Below, piece by piece: positions 30,101 through 40,979 of a stretch of DNA of 64,000 nucleotides. Each line of letters opens with the position of its first letter. Within the stretch, counting starts at the first letter, position 1. The notes beneath the pieces were generated by a model. That model had not been told where the DNA came from. It did no database searches and saw only the letters and a program-made list of their open reading frames with translations. Source of the stretch: Balanoglossus misakiensis (lineage: Eukaryota; Animalia; Hemichordata); assembly GCA_040954595.2 (NCBI GenBank), contig CM082578.2:13980304-14044303 (forward strand), read 5' to 3'. The position numbers and the translations under genes were made by a program.

Positions 30101-30900
30101 AGCGAAAGCACAAAAACAATTTTACGTACTCTAATTGGGTTGCTAAACCCATTACGGTATTAAACGGTAACACACGGTGGTAACCCTCACAGAAACAAGT
30201 GTTTTTCTGTATCCATGATTGTATGCCAATTTTCTGGGATTATACCCTTAGCACAATATTAATATGTACGCGAACAATACAAAAATACACGCATTGTTGT
30301 CATTTGTCAATAATAGGCAGTGAAGTGTCGGAGCCCATTTTGCCAAGAAGATTATAAAAATGATTGCAAATTTAGAGTATATGAGGGACGAAACTCTCAT
30401 CCATTCCCATCAATTTGTGTTTGTCTCTTTCGCTCAAAAATTCGATAACGGAGTTCAACCACTGACAGTCTACCAACCGACTCGACTCGCTGTCACACTG
30501 CTTCACTGTAAATCCTTGCCGACAATAGACATGTATTGAAAAACTGACAAGCTGACGTCGCTTACAAATTTTTAAGAAAAAAAATCGCACGTCTCAAACA
30601 TGATCTTGCACTGCCCACAGGCAGACCTTCAGAAATCTCAGTGATGATCGAAGTGTAAACTATTCACCCTGCCTCCGCAGTTACTCGATTGTAATATGCG
30701 AATGATAGACTGCTGTCCTTCCTGAACTTAACCTTGACCATTTACATCCCTATATACTGTAACGGACATGCACTTGGCGGAGACGTTGGCGGTGGTGACT
30801 GGACATTTATCATCATCATCGTCGTCGTCATTATGACCATAACGGAAATTCTTCGGATTTCGTGTGTTTACAATCCAATGTCTTTGAACTTGTTTCTTAT
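27200..30900 (+). pseudogene. decayed LRR array(s), possibly with LRRCT and TM
   Basis: KNDFADLIS, RLTALPRTYSEF, VTAKSFTRCVGL, RVNMSDNF, RGAFS, FILTGRNLRTVFQCDFD, QTFRNLS, and hydrophobic WTFIIIIVVVIMTI (~30800-30842). Interrupted by a MITE. Confidence 0.35.
28330..28537. mobile_element. piggyBac-type MITE (about 200 bp), copy 2, opposite orientation to copy 1
   Basis: TTAA|ccctttgagcgccata ... tatggcgttaggg|TTAA: TTAA target sites, CCC/GGG termini and imperfect TIRs. Homologous to 481-694. Confidence 0.7.
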
Positions 30901-31148
30901 AAACAGTTCATGCCATTTACGATCGGGGCACTCCTTGCCGTCGTCTTTCAAAAATGTTCTAATAATAGCGAAGTACTTCCGCCACTGAATATAACACGGA
31001 GGTTAAAAATTGTACTTTTGTAATAAATGAGGGTGCGGGGCGACATAGCATGGACATGATTAGCCTTCACTATTTTAACTTCTGATGATTTTTCCACCAT
31101 ATGGTAATGTAGATAATTGTATGCATATATTTTAACAATGAGACCTTA

Positions 31149-31955
31149 GGCTGCATTCACAAACACCTCTGGAGGGGGGGGGGGGGCGGGAGAATTCAAT
31201 TTTTTTTACCGCTAATTTTCACATGCCCCCCTTCCGAACTGCCAATATTTTCAAATCCCCCCCTTCCGAACTGCCAAAATTTTGAAATCCCCCCCCCATT
31301 TTCTTTCACAGAGCAAAACACATCACCTATCTATCTTGTAAAAAGAAAAACAGCGCTCCCATGAAAAGAATTTGAAACTGATGTTTCCCCTTATCAGTGG
31401 GTATTAAAACTGAACATTGTTATTATTTTTTAAGTACATATATTTGTATTCTGTGTTGGGAGACATTGTAAACCGAGAATTGAAGGGGGTGGGTTTGGGA
31501 GGGGGTGTCCCCCTCCCATGTAAGAAAATTTTCTAAAATACAGAGCTCAAAGCTGCATTTTAATGAACCCGGCAAAAGCAAATTAACTCAACTACCGGTA
31601 TGTTGGGGAGGACAAATTTAACCGTCGTCGCTCAAAGTTATCATGGGGTGGGGCAAGTCCCCTGACCTGGGACACTAGATAAACCAGTCAATGATTGAAA
31701 GGTGTTGATGAATGGAGGGGGTGGGTGTGGGAGGGGGTGTCCCCCTCCCACATTAGAAAATTTTGTAAAATAAAGGGCGCGAAACTGCATTTTTGTGGAC
31801 TCAAAATAAATATTTAGTCGTTAAAGTTTTCAAGTCCCCCCCTTTCAGTCCCTAAATTATTTCAAATCCCCCCCTTACATACCCTCAATTTTTTCAAATC
31901 CCCCCCCTCAATTCTCCTGCCCCCCCCCCCTCCAGAGGTGTTTGTGAATGCAGCC
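31149..31955. mobile_element. non-autonomous PIF/Harbinger-type MITE (807 bp)
   Basis: Perfect TIR ggctgcattcacaaacacctctggagggggggggg at 31149 and its reverse complement ending at 31955. 3-bp TTA TSD at 31146-31148 and 31956-31958. Internal ~84 bp direct repeat (31482-31565 and 31714-31797) and C-rich subterminal repeats; no transposase ORF. Confidence 0.9.
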
Positions 31956-32749
31956 TTAGTACGATGGGAAAGTAAATGACATTGTCGGCCTTGGCCCAGG
32001 TACATAGAAAGTAACCATTGGTACAAAGAGCTGGAAACTATCCTGTGGTAAGCTGGGCTGCCCGGTACAAGTGAGAAAGGTCGGCAACAATCCATGACAC
32101 ATATTAAATTATAACTATATTACTTGATAGTACAAGAACAATATAATTTGGGATCGGTTGATCGTCGTATGGACAAATCGCCAATAATGTTGTTCTCGTC
32201 ATTTGATTTTGAAAAACTATTACGAGGGACAGTCAGAATCGTAAAACTCTTGACAGTGAAGTGAATGGGTAGCGAGTTACAAGTTTCACATTACATTCAG
32301 AAGTCTTATAGCATGTATAGATAGCTTCCTGGACGGAGGAGGTACGTGTACAACGTCTGGTCAGTAACGGATATCTACTTTTTCAATGTTTACATTTCGA
32401 ACGCAACGCCATAAAATGGATTGAGAGTGAGTCATCATTAGAATAGTTGAGGCTACACTCACGTGCCGCTTCATACATTTAAAATACATCATCTTATGAT
32501 GGCTGGCCTCCAAGTTTCAAAATAGTATGATGTACTCGAAGTTCTACCATCGCTGATATCGGTTGTTGGGACTGTCGAGTGGCCACACCAGACCATCCCT
32601 GACACGAAATCAGCAAACTGAACAAACTCGGTGAGAGGGCTTATCCTAAACACGGTATTCAAGCACCGTTTTCATGGCCGACATCATAATTTATATGATG
32701 AGCTCTTTACTTCGCCTTGTGAAACTCTGTTCATGAATGCATGGTCGAG

Positions 32750-33970
32750 ACGGACCAATGCTTCCAGAACAGGTTAAGTGACGTAAAAGGTCAGATTTAA
32801 TACAAGAGTGGAGTGGGTTGTTCCCTGTCATTTTTCTGTCTGTGCCAATGCTGATTCTGGGCACACGCCGCACTCGAGTGTTGTCCCCGAAGTACACGAC
32901 CCGCCACGAACAACAGACCAGCGTCCTACCACATCCGCATGACATTACGAGTAGACTACAGACTGACATTGGGCAGACTCAACGTGTGTGTTCCCTGAGA
33001 CATTATCTGTCATGTCTGCGAGTCGCAAGAGAGGCAAGAAAGTATTGGTACTCGGCTGATACTGAACGGCCTATCGTTTGTTTGACAACAACTCTGCACT
33101 TGACAGAGAGACCAGAGCAACTGGGGACTGAAGTGGGGGATAAAACATATGCAAACTGTTGCCAAGACAACTGACTGACCATTCATTGGTCGACACTTGC
33201 GATTACGGCAGTAAATCACCCACTTCCTTTCTCGTGTTGAGGTTATCGACTCCCCATGTTCCTGTTGGTCATTCACTGACCAGTCTTTGTCTCAGACTGT
33301 CTTGCTCAGTCGAGTCTCGCCAACACAAACCACCTGTATCGACCATTATTTGATCACGGCAAGTGTGATAGGTGACACCTTAGATACAGTGAGTATGCTC
33401 GAGCACTTTTAAATTTTCCAAAACATCGTGTAATCTCGCATACAAAAGTAGCCTGCAATGCGTCTTGCGTTTTCGTGGTGCTACCAGTTACGTTACTACT
33501 AGCTGACAACTACGTCTAGTCATCAAACTGCAGTAACTGTGCTTGGTAACCTTCGTGACAAAAACTTCGGATAAAATTACCGCAACAGCAGGTTTCTGAG
33601 TCCGCTTGAAAATACACGCAAATCAACATCATTACCAATACATGCAATATGGTGCGTGCATTGAGGTCGTTCGATAAAGGGCGGGTAGGTCTCTGTCTAA
33701 CCGGATTGCCAGTTACAACAAGCTGAACAAAAGTGTGTGTTTTCATTGCGCGGTTTACAGAAGAATAGAATCTCTCCACTCAGCATCGTTGTCAATAGAA
33801 GCCGAGAAGTTGTTGATACTTGTTCTCTGAGAAAACGGGCCGGGGTTGTTTTTTGCCCTATTCAAGACTGCGCCACGTCTATGCCCGAGTCCCTTTCTAT
33901 GAGAATATTTGCTTTGAGTTTTGAGAGTAGCTTCTATAAATGGGTACAGTGGGTGTTCGTGTACTGTGCA
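32750..33970 (-). pseudogene. probable decayed class A GPCR pseudogene
   Basis: In the expected order on the minus strand: RTPT (ICL1-like, ~33955), LLLTTMLS/VERFYS/CKP (TM3-ICL2, ~33800-33750), RTILHVLVMMLICV (TM4-like), RERKWVI...VVLATVCICFIP (TM6-like, ORF 33010..33276), LHSCI (TM7-like, ~32810). Frameshifts between the blocks. Confidence 0.45.
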
Positions 33971-34340
33971 TAATTTTTAAACGCAATGTCAGTCGACACG
34001 CCCTAACTAAATATAAATTTCTTTTAATTTATAATTTATATGCGTACTTCAGATGCCTGTGTTGAGGCGGAAGAGCGTTGTGGCCGCGGGTCAACTCCTG
34101 CCAAAAACAAAGTGTGTTTGGAAACGGTATACGCGTTGGCCACACACGGCCAAACACTGCTGTAATTGTGAATGAGATCTGATATAATGTCAGGGTGGAT
34201 TAGGGACATGAGCGCTGTCACCAACAGATGACACGTTGGTGAAAATGACTGATGATCCTAACCTGCATTGGCGCTAACAGAACCTGTCGCTTACCATACG
34301 CACGGTCCATTAGTGTGATTCCGTACTTTCAACCTGTGTG

Positions 34341-34385
34341 GACTGAATTGACAATTTATCAATTTTCCGTCTCTCTCTCTTTCAG
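34341..34385 (+). promoter_or_regulatory. 3' splice acceptor of a 5'-UTR intron upstream of the G0 coding exon
   Basis: Branch-like gactgaat, polypyrimidine tract ttttccgtctctctctcttt and CAG ending at 34385, 39 nt before the ATG. Confidence 0.55.
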
Positions 34386-34424
34386 TAATGTGACTGCGGT
34401 TGACAACTGCCGAGCGTTGCAACA

Positions 34425-35465
34425 ATGGAAGACGAAGCAGGAATGACGGTGGAACCGACGACAACCGAAATGGTGAACGACACCGACCAGAGTGGGAATG
34501 ACAGCTTTCATGCGCCTTTCTACATGTGGTCAAACAAGCCTCTGGCACCGCCGCTGCTAACCCTGTTATGGTCAACCCTTATGATCGCTGGAGTTTTGGG
34601 AAACTTGGGATTTATCTACGTCCGATCGCGAATTCCATACATGCGAACACTGACCAATTATTACCTAGTTAATCTGGGAGTAGCAGATACTATCTACCTA
34701 CTGGCCCAGGTACCAGGAGAAATACGCAATCTTTACCACTTAGATAGTCTGTGGGGCATTGAAAGTTACTGTATTGCCATGAACAGTATTTCCTACCCGT
34801 GCCAGTACGCATCGCTGTTTACTATCACGGTGATCGCGTTTGAACGATACTTTGCTATATGCCAACCGTTCAAGATGAGCGGCGTGTACAACACGAAGTC
34901 GCGAGCCTTCAAATTTATTGCATTGACTTGGATCATGGGTATACTTGTGTCCGTGCCGTTCTTTTTCACCTGTGGACCGGCTGATAAATCCTTGTACTCC
35001 GCGCTGCTGGCGGTTCGCATGATCACTTTTGTCCCGTGCATGCTCATTGTGGCCACCCTCTACATCCTCATCGGGAGACAGCTGAACAAACGAACGAGCA
35101 AACCTTGCGGCAAAGACGAACAGGTACGCATGGAGAGGAAACAGGTTGTCCGGATGCTGGTGGTGACGGCGGCCGTCTTTTTCATCTGCCTCACACCTCA
35201 GCAGGTTTATGCGCTGTATCTGACATTTGTCGTCCTGCAGAAAGCTCCCGTCGTACCTTTCGATGTCGGTCTGATGTTGTTCAGTGTCAACAAGACCCTC
35301 ATATTCCTCAACTCGGCCGCCAACCCGGTCATCTACAACGCCTTGAGTTCAAAATACCGAGTTGCGTTCAAGGAAGCGTTTGGGCCTCTGTGCTTTTGTT
35401 TTAAATCCCAACCGAAACATAAATACTACTACGACAACACAAACCATACCGTCGTCACCATGTGA
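34425..35465 (+). CDS. class A GPCR (G0), peptide-receptor-like (TRH/ghrelin/neuromedin U receptor-like group), 346 aa, single coding exon
   Basis: Seven hydrophobic segments; N-glycosylation sequons NDT and NDS; GVLGN (TM1), MRTLTNYYLVNLGVAD (TM2), C3.25, FERYFAICQP, W4.50, ERKQVVRML..FFICLTP, NSAANPVIY, helix 8 SKYRVAFKEAF and C-terminal cysteines. Confidence 0.95.
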   Translation: MEDEAGMTVEPTTTEMVNDTDQSGNDSFHAPFYMWSNKPLAPPLLTLLWSTLMIAGVLGNLGFIYVRSRIPYMRTLTNYYLVNLGVADTIYLLAQVPGEIRNLYHLDSLWGIESYCIAMNSISYPCQYASLFTITVIAFERYFAICQPFKMSGVYNTKSRAFKFIALTWIMGILVSVPFFFTCGPADKSLYSALLAVRMITFVPCMLIVATLYILIGRQLNKRTSKPCGKDEQVRMERKQVVRMLVVTAAVFFICLTPQQVYALYLTFVVLQKAPVVPFDVGLMLFSVNKTLIFLNSAANPVIYNALSSKYRVAFKEAFGPLCFCFKSQPKHKYYYDNTNHTVVTM

Positions 35466-36149
35466 AATCTCGCAGGTATACACAAACCATGACAAAACTT
35501 TCGCTGGACGGCATTACTTGGACAGTCGCAGAATTCATCATGATCGTGAACTCGGTCACGGACCCGTGAGTGACCTCGGTCAGGGACCCGTGGCTCAAAA
35601 AAATAGATTCCTTTCACATATTTGCGGGCTTCAACCCTATATACGAAGGAACCTGTCGCCAACGTTAAAAGTATTTAGTGTACATTACATCAAACTTTAC
35701 GACCACGTTATTTGTATTTTTGTTTCGATACACATGTACAGACGTCCGATAATGGCGGGATCAAACTATTTTGAATCTCTGGGAACTATTCAACGTTTGA
35801 TTCCTGGATATTCTCTGCAGTGGCACGCCAAGGCCGACTACAATGCAGTTATCTCTCCATGTGGCATGTCATCATGTTCGACGAATTTGTGCCACGTGGA
35901 CACGTCGACAAGTCTTTGCTCGTCGTCGTGGCAACGCATTCCAGAGTACAGGGTGGAATCTGGTGACGCCGGGCGTTGGAGGAGGTACAGCCTACGACTT
36001 TTCATCTGTTGAGATTTACTGCCCAGGTACACACACGCTTTGGACGCGATTCAGTTTGACGATCATAAAAGTGACCTCCTTTGGAACTGTCAATACGTTT
36101 GAGCTTTAACAAGACATTTCAATGGTCATTGCGACCAATATTTTAACGC

Positions 36150-39100
36150 GTGGTAATAGAAAGACTGCAGTTTTACTAAAATGTACATAGCTTAGTTTTT
36201 AAAAATCTTCAATATTTTGAAGTGAATATCAGTGGTAATATATTTATTGTGGCTTTCTTAATCGGCGATCATCGGCACGCAACAATATACATGTACGTGT
36301 TCTATCAAATTAGTTTCAATAACCTTCTGTCTGACAGCCGCGATACTTGCGCACGTCATTGTATGCACACTTTAAAATTATTCCCTGCTGCAGACTGCGT
36401 ACTGTACACAAGACATGCGCATCTTGTCTCCACCTTCATCGCAGAGATAGCAAGAAAACGTTTAATTCAGGGATGATGGGATGAATTTTTTAAAAGCAGC
36501 CTTTGGGTTCCTACATTTAGGTGTTTATCATTGGATACTGTTTCGATCCCTCGTGACAATGCATCCAATTTCTAACATGGAATATTTCCAGGGCCATTCA
36601 CTTTGGTGTATTCAACGTCACGTCTATAGCACTCGAATACGACTGCGTCAAGGACCGGGAATCAAAGAAGTGATCAGAATGCGTCCATTCCAAATGATGA
36701 CAACTTGACGACTCCTATTTGACGTGCAAACCCGTCTCATCAAGAAGTATTTTTTTCTCGGTAGACAATTAGGATATCAGGGGATTCCGTTTCACGGAAA
36801 GTGTTGAAACGTTCATCAACCTCGAGGGGGAAATGTATTAGATTATACTGCATCGAGGCAGAAATCATTCACAGACCATACTTGCATCTCGTTCTGTTAG
36901 TCACGTGACCAGTGAACTTTTTAGGTAACAATTACATTCGTGTTCGTATTGAGAAGAAAAAATATGAGATTTTAATGAAGTTTTTTTCAGGGACTTTTTG
37001 AAAGTTTAACTGACAGAACTCGGGGGTGTTTGGAGTTGTATTTACAGCTCTTCAAATCATAGCAACGGACCTCGCTGCCGCCAAATGTCGAGTGTTTCGT
37101 GTTTCTGGGGAAAGAAGCAGAACCGCCCACTCATAGACTTTAATGCCCAGAGCAAATGACCACTTAGAATGTTTGCTGGATTAGCAGAACAGCTGTCGTG
37201 CACTTAAAAAAAATGTCGTTGCTAAAGTTTTCTTTGTGAGTGTTCAGCTTTTGTGGTATTACACGACGTTATTAATAATCTATGTAGGTAATATTAAATG
37301 CTACTTTCTTGACAACAGAGGCAAAAATAAAAGACAGCACTCTATACCAACAAGTTTTTTTAAATGTCTCGTTTTTCATAGACACTCGAGAAAACATGTC
37401 TGTGTGCTTTTACAATATATTTCATGTGAATAACGGGCCGTCAACATAAAGTGAAGCAGCGGTTACAAATGCACATGCAACAGTAATTGCTGGATTGTCC
37501 AGGGACTGTTGTATTATTACACTGTGACAGACAGGCTGAGAACGTAACGTGGGGAAGGAATTTTACCATGTCGAGTTAGTAAAGGCAACCATCAGCTTCA
37601 ATATTCAAACAGAAATTAGATGGGAGCGCTGGCGATTTGGATCCTAGTTTTCTGTCAGTGACTAAAATTTAAATTGGGTCAGTAATCATGATTCGCCATT
37701 CATCAATCTCGAAGTGATCAAAATCAGCTGTGGAGATATGTTCGTTGCAGGGTCTCTGTAGAGACGGAGATCTCTACAGCGATTTTAATCACACTCGAAG
37801 CTGGCTGGTCGTAAACTTGGAGGAGTCAGATAAGACCACCAGTATAAATATCTTTTTCTCCAGATATAACATCGCCCCCAGTCAAGTTTCTGATCTAAAT
37901 GGGGATATTCTGAGCTCAACTAGGAGAACAGCTAGTTTGAATTTGTACTGCCAAATGCCAAGTAAAATATCGCTTATCTGTTGCAGCCAAACATACGATG
38001 GAATCGGAAAGAGACAAAGCAGAAAGGTGGGGTGTCATGCATTTGACATCGTGAGAAACCCGTCTTGGAATTTGACATATAAAAATCAATCATGTTTCCA
38101 ATATCAACAACGAATTCACAAACCGCCATGCTTATAGTTGAAGGAATTTCACTTTGAGAATGTGATATTTGTGTGATATCTCAGGACATGTGGTGTTTGC
38201 TCTAAACGGACATTTACTCGACTGTGGTAACTGACACCGCACAAAAATAGGAATCGTCGTAGCATATACAGAGTTCAACTATTCAACAAACAATGGCCTT
38301 GTTTTCTTGGAGAAAGTGTTCAAATATTTACCAGTTTGAGTTGAAAGGGGGGCAATATGGTAGCGTCTCATATGGTTAGCCTGCAGTCGATGATTTGCAA
38401 ACAGCAGCAGGAATGTTGGTAACTCTAAGCCTTTCTGTTTACCTGGGAACTTTAGTTCGTGTTCTGTATTTGACAGGTCAAGCGGGAAAACGTATTGTTG
38501 TCATCGTTTAGCTTGTTTGCGTCTACTAATTAATACATTTATCATCAACCTTTGAGATATACAATGTATGGTGTAGATCTCTGTAGTAAAATAGCAAATA
38601 ATATGAAATAAACTGTTCGGCCATTCTCACCAACCCATCGTTTGTAGGAGTCACTTTACTCGCTTTATATTGCAGTCTCGAAATTGCTTATCGCATTTAT
38701 CGTATATCGCACAATCTGTAAACCAAAAAGAGCACGGATCACATCGATCTTGCCCGTCAACCTGCATCTGCCGCAAAGCGACACCATTTCCAGTGAAACT
38801 AACAAATTTCACTGGAACTATATTTTCGTGACCTACAAAAACATCTGGATATATTAGACGGAAATCGTACAGTTTGTGGACTTTTTTCTGCATTGCCCCG
38901 GGCGGAGGAATGCAGAAGTCCTGATAGAAATCCCGGAGCAGCGCAATCTGACCGGATTACCTGTGAGGAGACGTAAGTCCGATACAAGACGGAATTACTC
39001 GGTGTAATAAAATACAATGTGTGATTACATTATAATGCCATTGACGACAGCTGTTCACAGAAAACTTGAAGTTGCAAATTGCGCTGAAATAAACGCTAAC

Positions 39101-40261
39101 TGAAATATTAATATCAAACCATGGTAATCGTAGATTCTGACGTACTCTTAGGCAGCTCAGCCAGGGGTGTTATAGGGGCATTTATATCTTTATCAGTGTG
39201 TATTAATAATGACAAATGCATTTTGAATTAGGAGTTTTGTATACATGTAGTTGGAAATACATTGGGATGGGTCTCAGGGATTCCACTTAAGAGCTCTGGT
39301 TTTATACCATATACTCCCACCTCTACAAATGTGACACACATCCATCAGTTTAAACAAACAAACTGTGGATCCAAGCTCCGTCTAACAGCTGCCGCCCAAA
39401 TGAACAAAATGCTGACGTACCCGTATTAATACAGATATTTGTTTAAACTGATGCTACAAAGCGAGCAGTGCGAGTCGAATTTTCCACTACAACACTGTTA
39501 TCTGTGCACTTTAGGATCGTTTGGACCTGTAGCTCTCGCTTTGCCGTCTAACATACAAACGTTTTACGCAGCCTACAACCAAGTACATTACTTGGTATGC
39601 TAAACACAGCCCAACAACGTGTCGTTCAAGAGCATGACACGAAACAGATCCCACTCGTAATCGGAAACTACACGCAACAGAATTACAGACGTGTCGTGCA
39701 CCAGATTCGGCGTCGTGGGTAACGCTGCTCACTTGACCGAGCCAATTTTGTTCAAGTAACATGTCATTTCAGCCCATTATCACCGCTGTTTCCGTGTACA
39801 TTAGCCTTAATGTGAGACCGACGCCCACCCTATGTCTATGATCGGTGAATATGGACAGGTTACACCTGCATGTGTGATACACTTTCAGGTAATGGGCCGT
39901 TTCCTCAAAAAGGGGAAGAATTCTCTAAAACATCTCTTGTTTCCAAAGGTCATCGTAACCGTTATCTGTGATGACGTCATGTTTACTGCGACGTTAGTAT
40001 GCTAATACAAAATAGTTGTTTTCGTCGGTATCAGAATGTCGGTATTATATAAAAACTCGACAAGTCAACAACGTACTTCGTGGTCGGTTACACACGCAAA
40101 AGAAACAGGCGAAAGCATATGTTTTCTCAGCTTCCATACAAATAGCATTGTCCTTTGTGAAAGAAGATGACGGTTTAGGTCGCGCGGGGTCATTGAAGTT
40201 GGCTGGTGACATCATTATTTAGAGCAATTACTCTCGCACAGATCGCTATTTTCGTCGCCAT
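36150..40261 (-). pseudogene. decayed Toll-like receptor pseudogene with near full-length layout
   Basis: ATG at 40261 with signal-like MATKIAICARVIAL; PTTKYVVDLSSFYI; LLEQNWLGQVSSVTHDAESG; APGFLSGL; RLIYPDVFVGHENIVPVKFVSFTGN; NNTFSRLT; HISTADFDHF; FLPHVTFS. LRRCT HECNCYLK (~36942) and SPSRLMNV (~36830); hydrophobic stretch then VVFECYRRDVEY; weak TIR-like KLDALS, IIPELN, LCTVRSLQQG, RTRTCILL. Confidence 0.55.
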
Positions 40262-40979
40262 GCTGAGGTTAATACATGAATAAAGTCTATCTTAGGAGTG
40301 GTTCATGTGTGAAGTCTGGCAATTAAGAATACAAACAGCACTGGCGACTTGCCTCCATTACGGCGTGGGGGATGGGGCGCTTATGCGGTGTGTACGAATA
40401 CACTTTCACAAACAACAAATCCGGATTCATGAACTCGTGGTGGAATACAAGATATTCAAGTAATTGCTCTCGAAAAACACATTGGAGTCCCATTATCATC
40501 AATATTTCAAAACTTGTTCGTTAATAATTCAACAAGACGGCGCTAAAATACATATTCGATTGAAAAACGCACAGATAATGGCATTCAATGAGGAAGCCCT
40601 TTAAATACACATAGCGAAGACTGAAATTCAATAGTCGGCATAGGCTTGCGGGTACGTTTGCTTCAATGTACATGTAACCAGCTCAGGAAATATTGTCTGT
40701 GTACCAGAATTTAAAAAAAAACTTGACATTTTACTCCACATGTCTATTGTTCGTCTCCACGTGCTAAATAACTGCTATTTTTGGCGACAAGCTGATGTAG
40801 AGCACGTGATTAAACCGACATTGTAGAAATTACGAATATAATATTTTCAATGGTGTAATTTCAACGATGGAAAACTACATTATCGATTTTTGTGGCTATA
40901 GTGTTAGAGAGGCCAGAGCTATGCGTGAGACAGGTGATGGGTTAGCATATTTAATTGCGTGGGGGGAATGTAAGTACCC

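Noticed and set aside
35362-36012. 216-aa ORF overlapping the end of G0
   Set aside because: Non-ATG start and no domain-like features; it most likely spans the 3' UTR.
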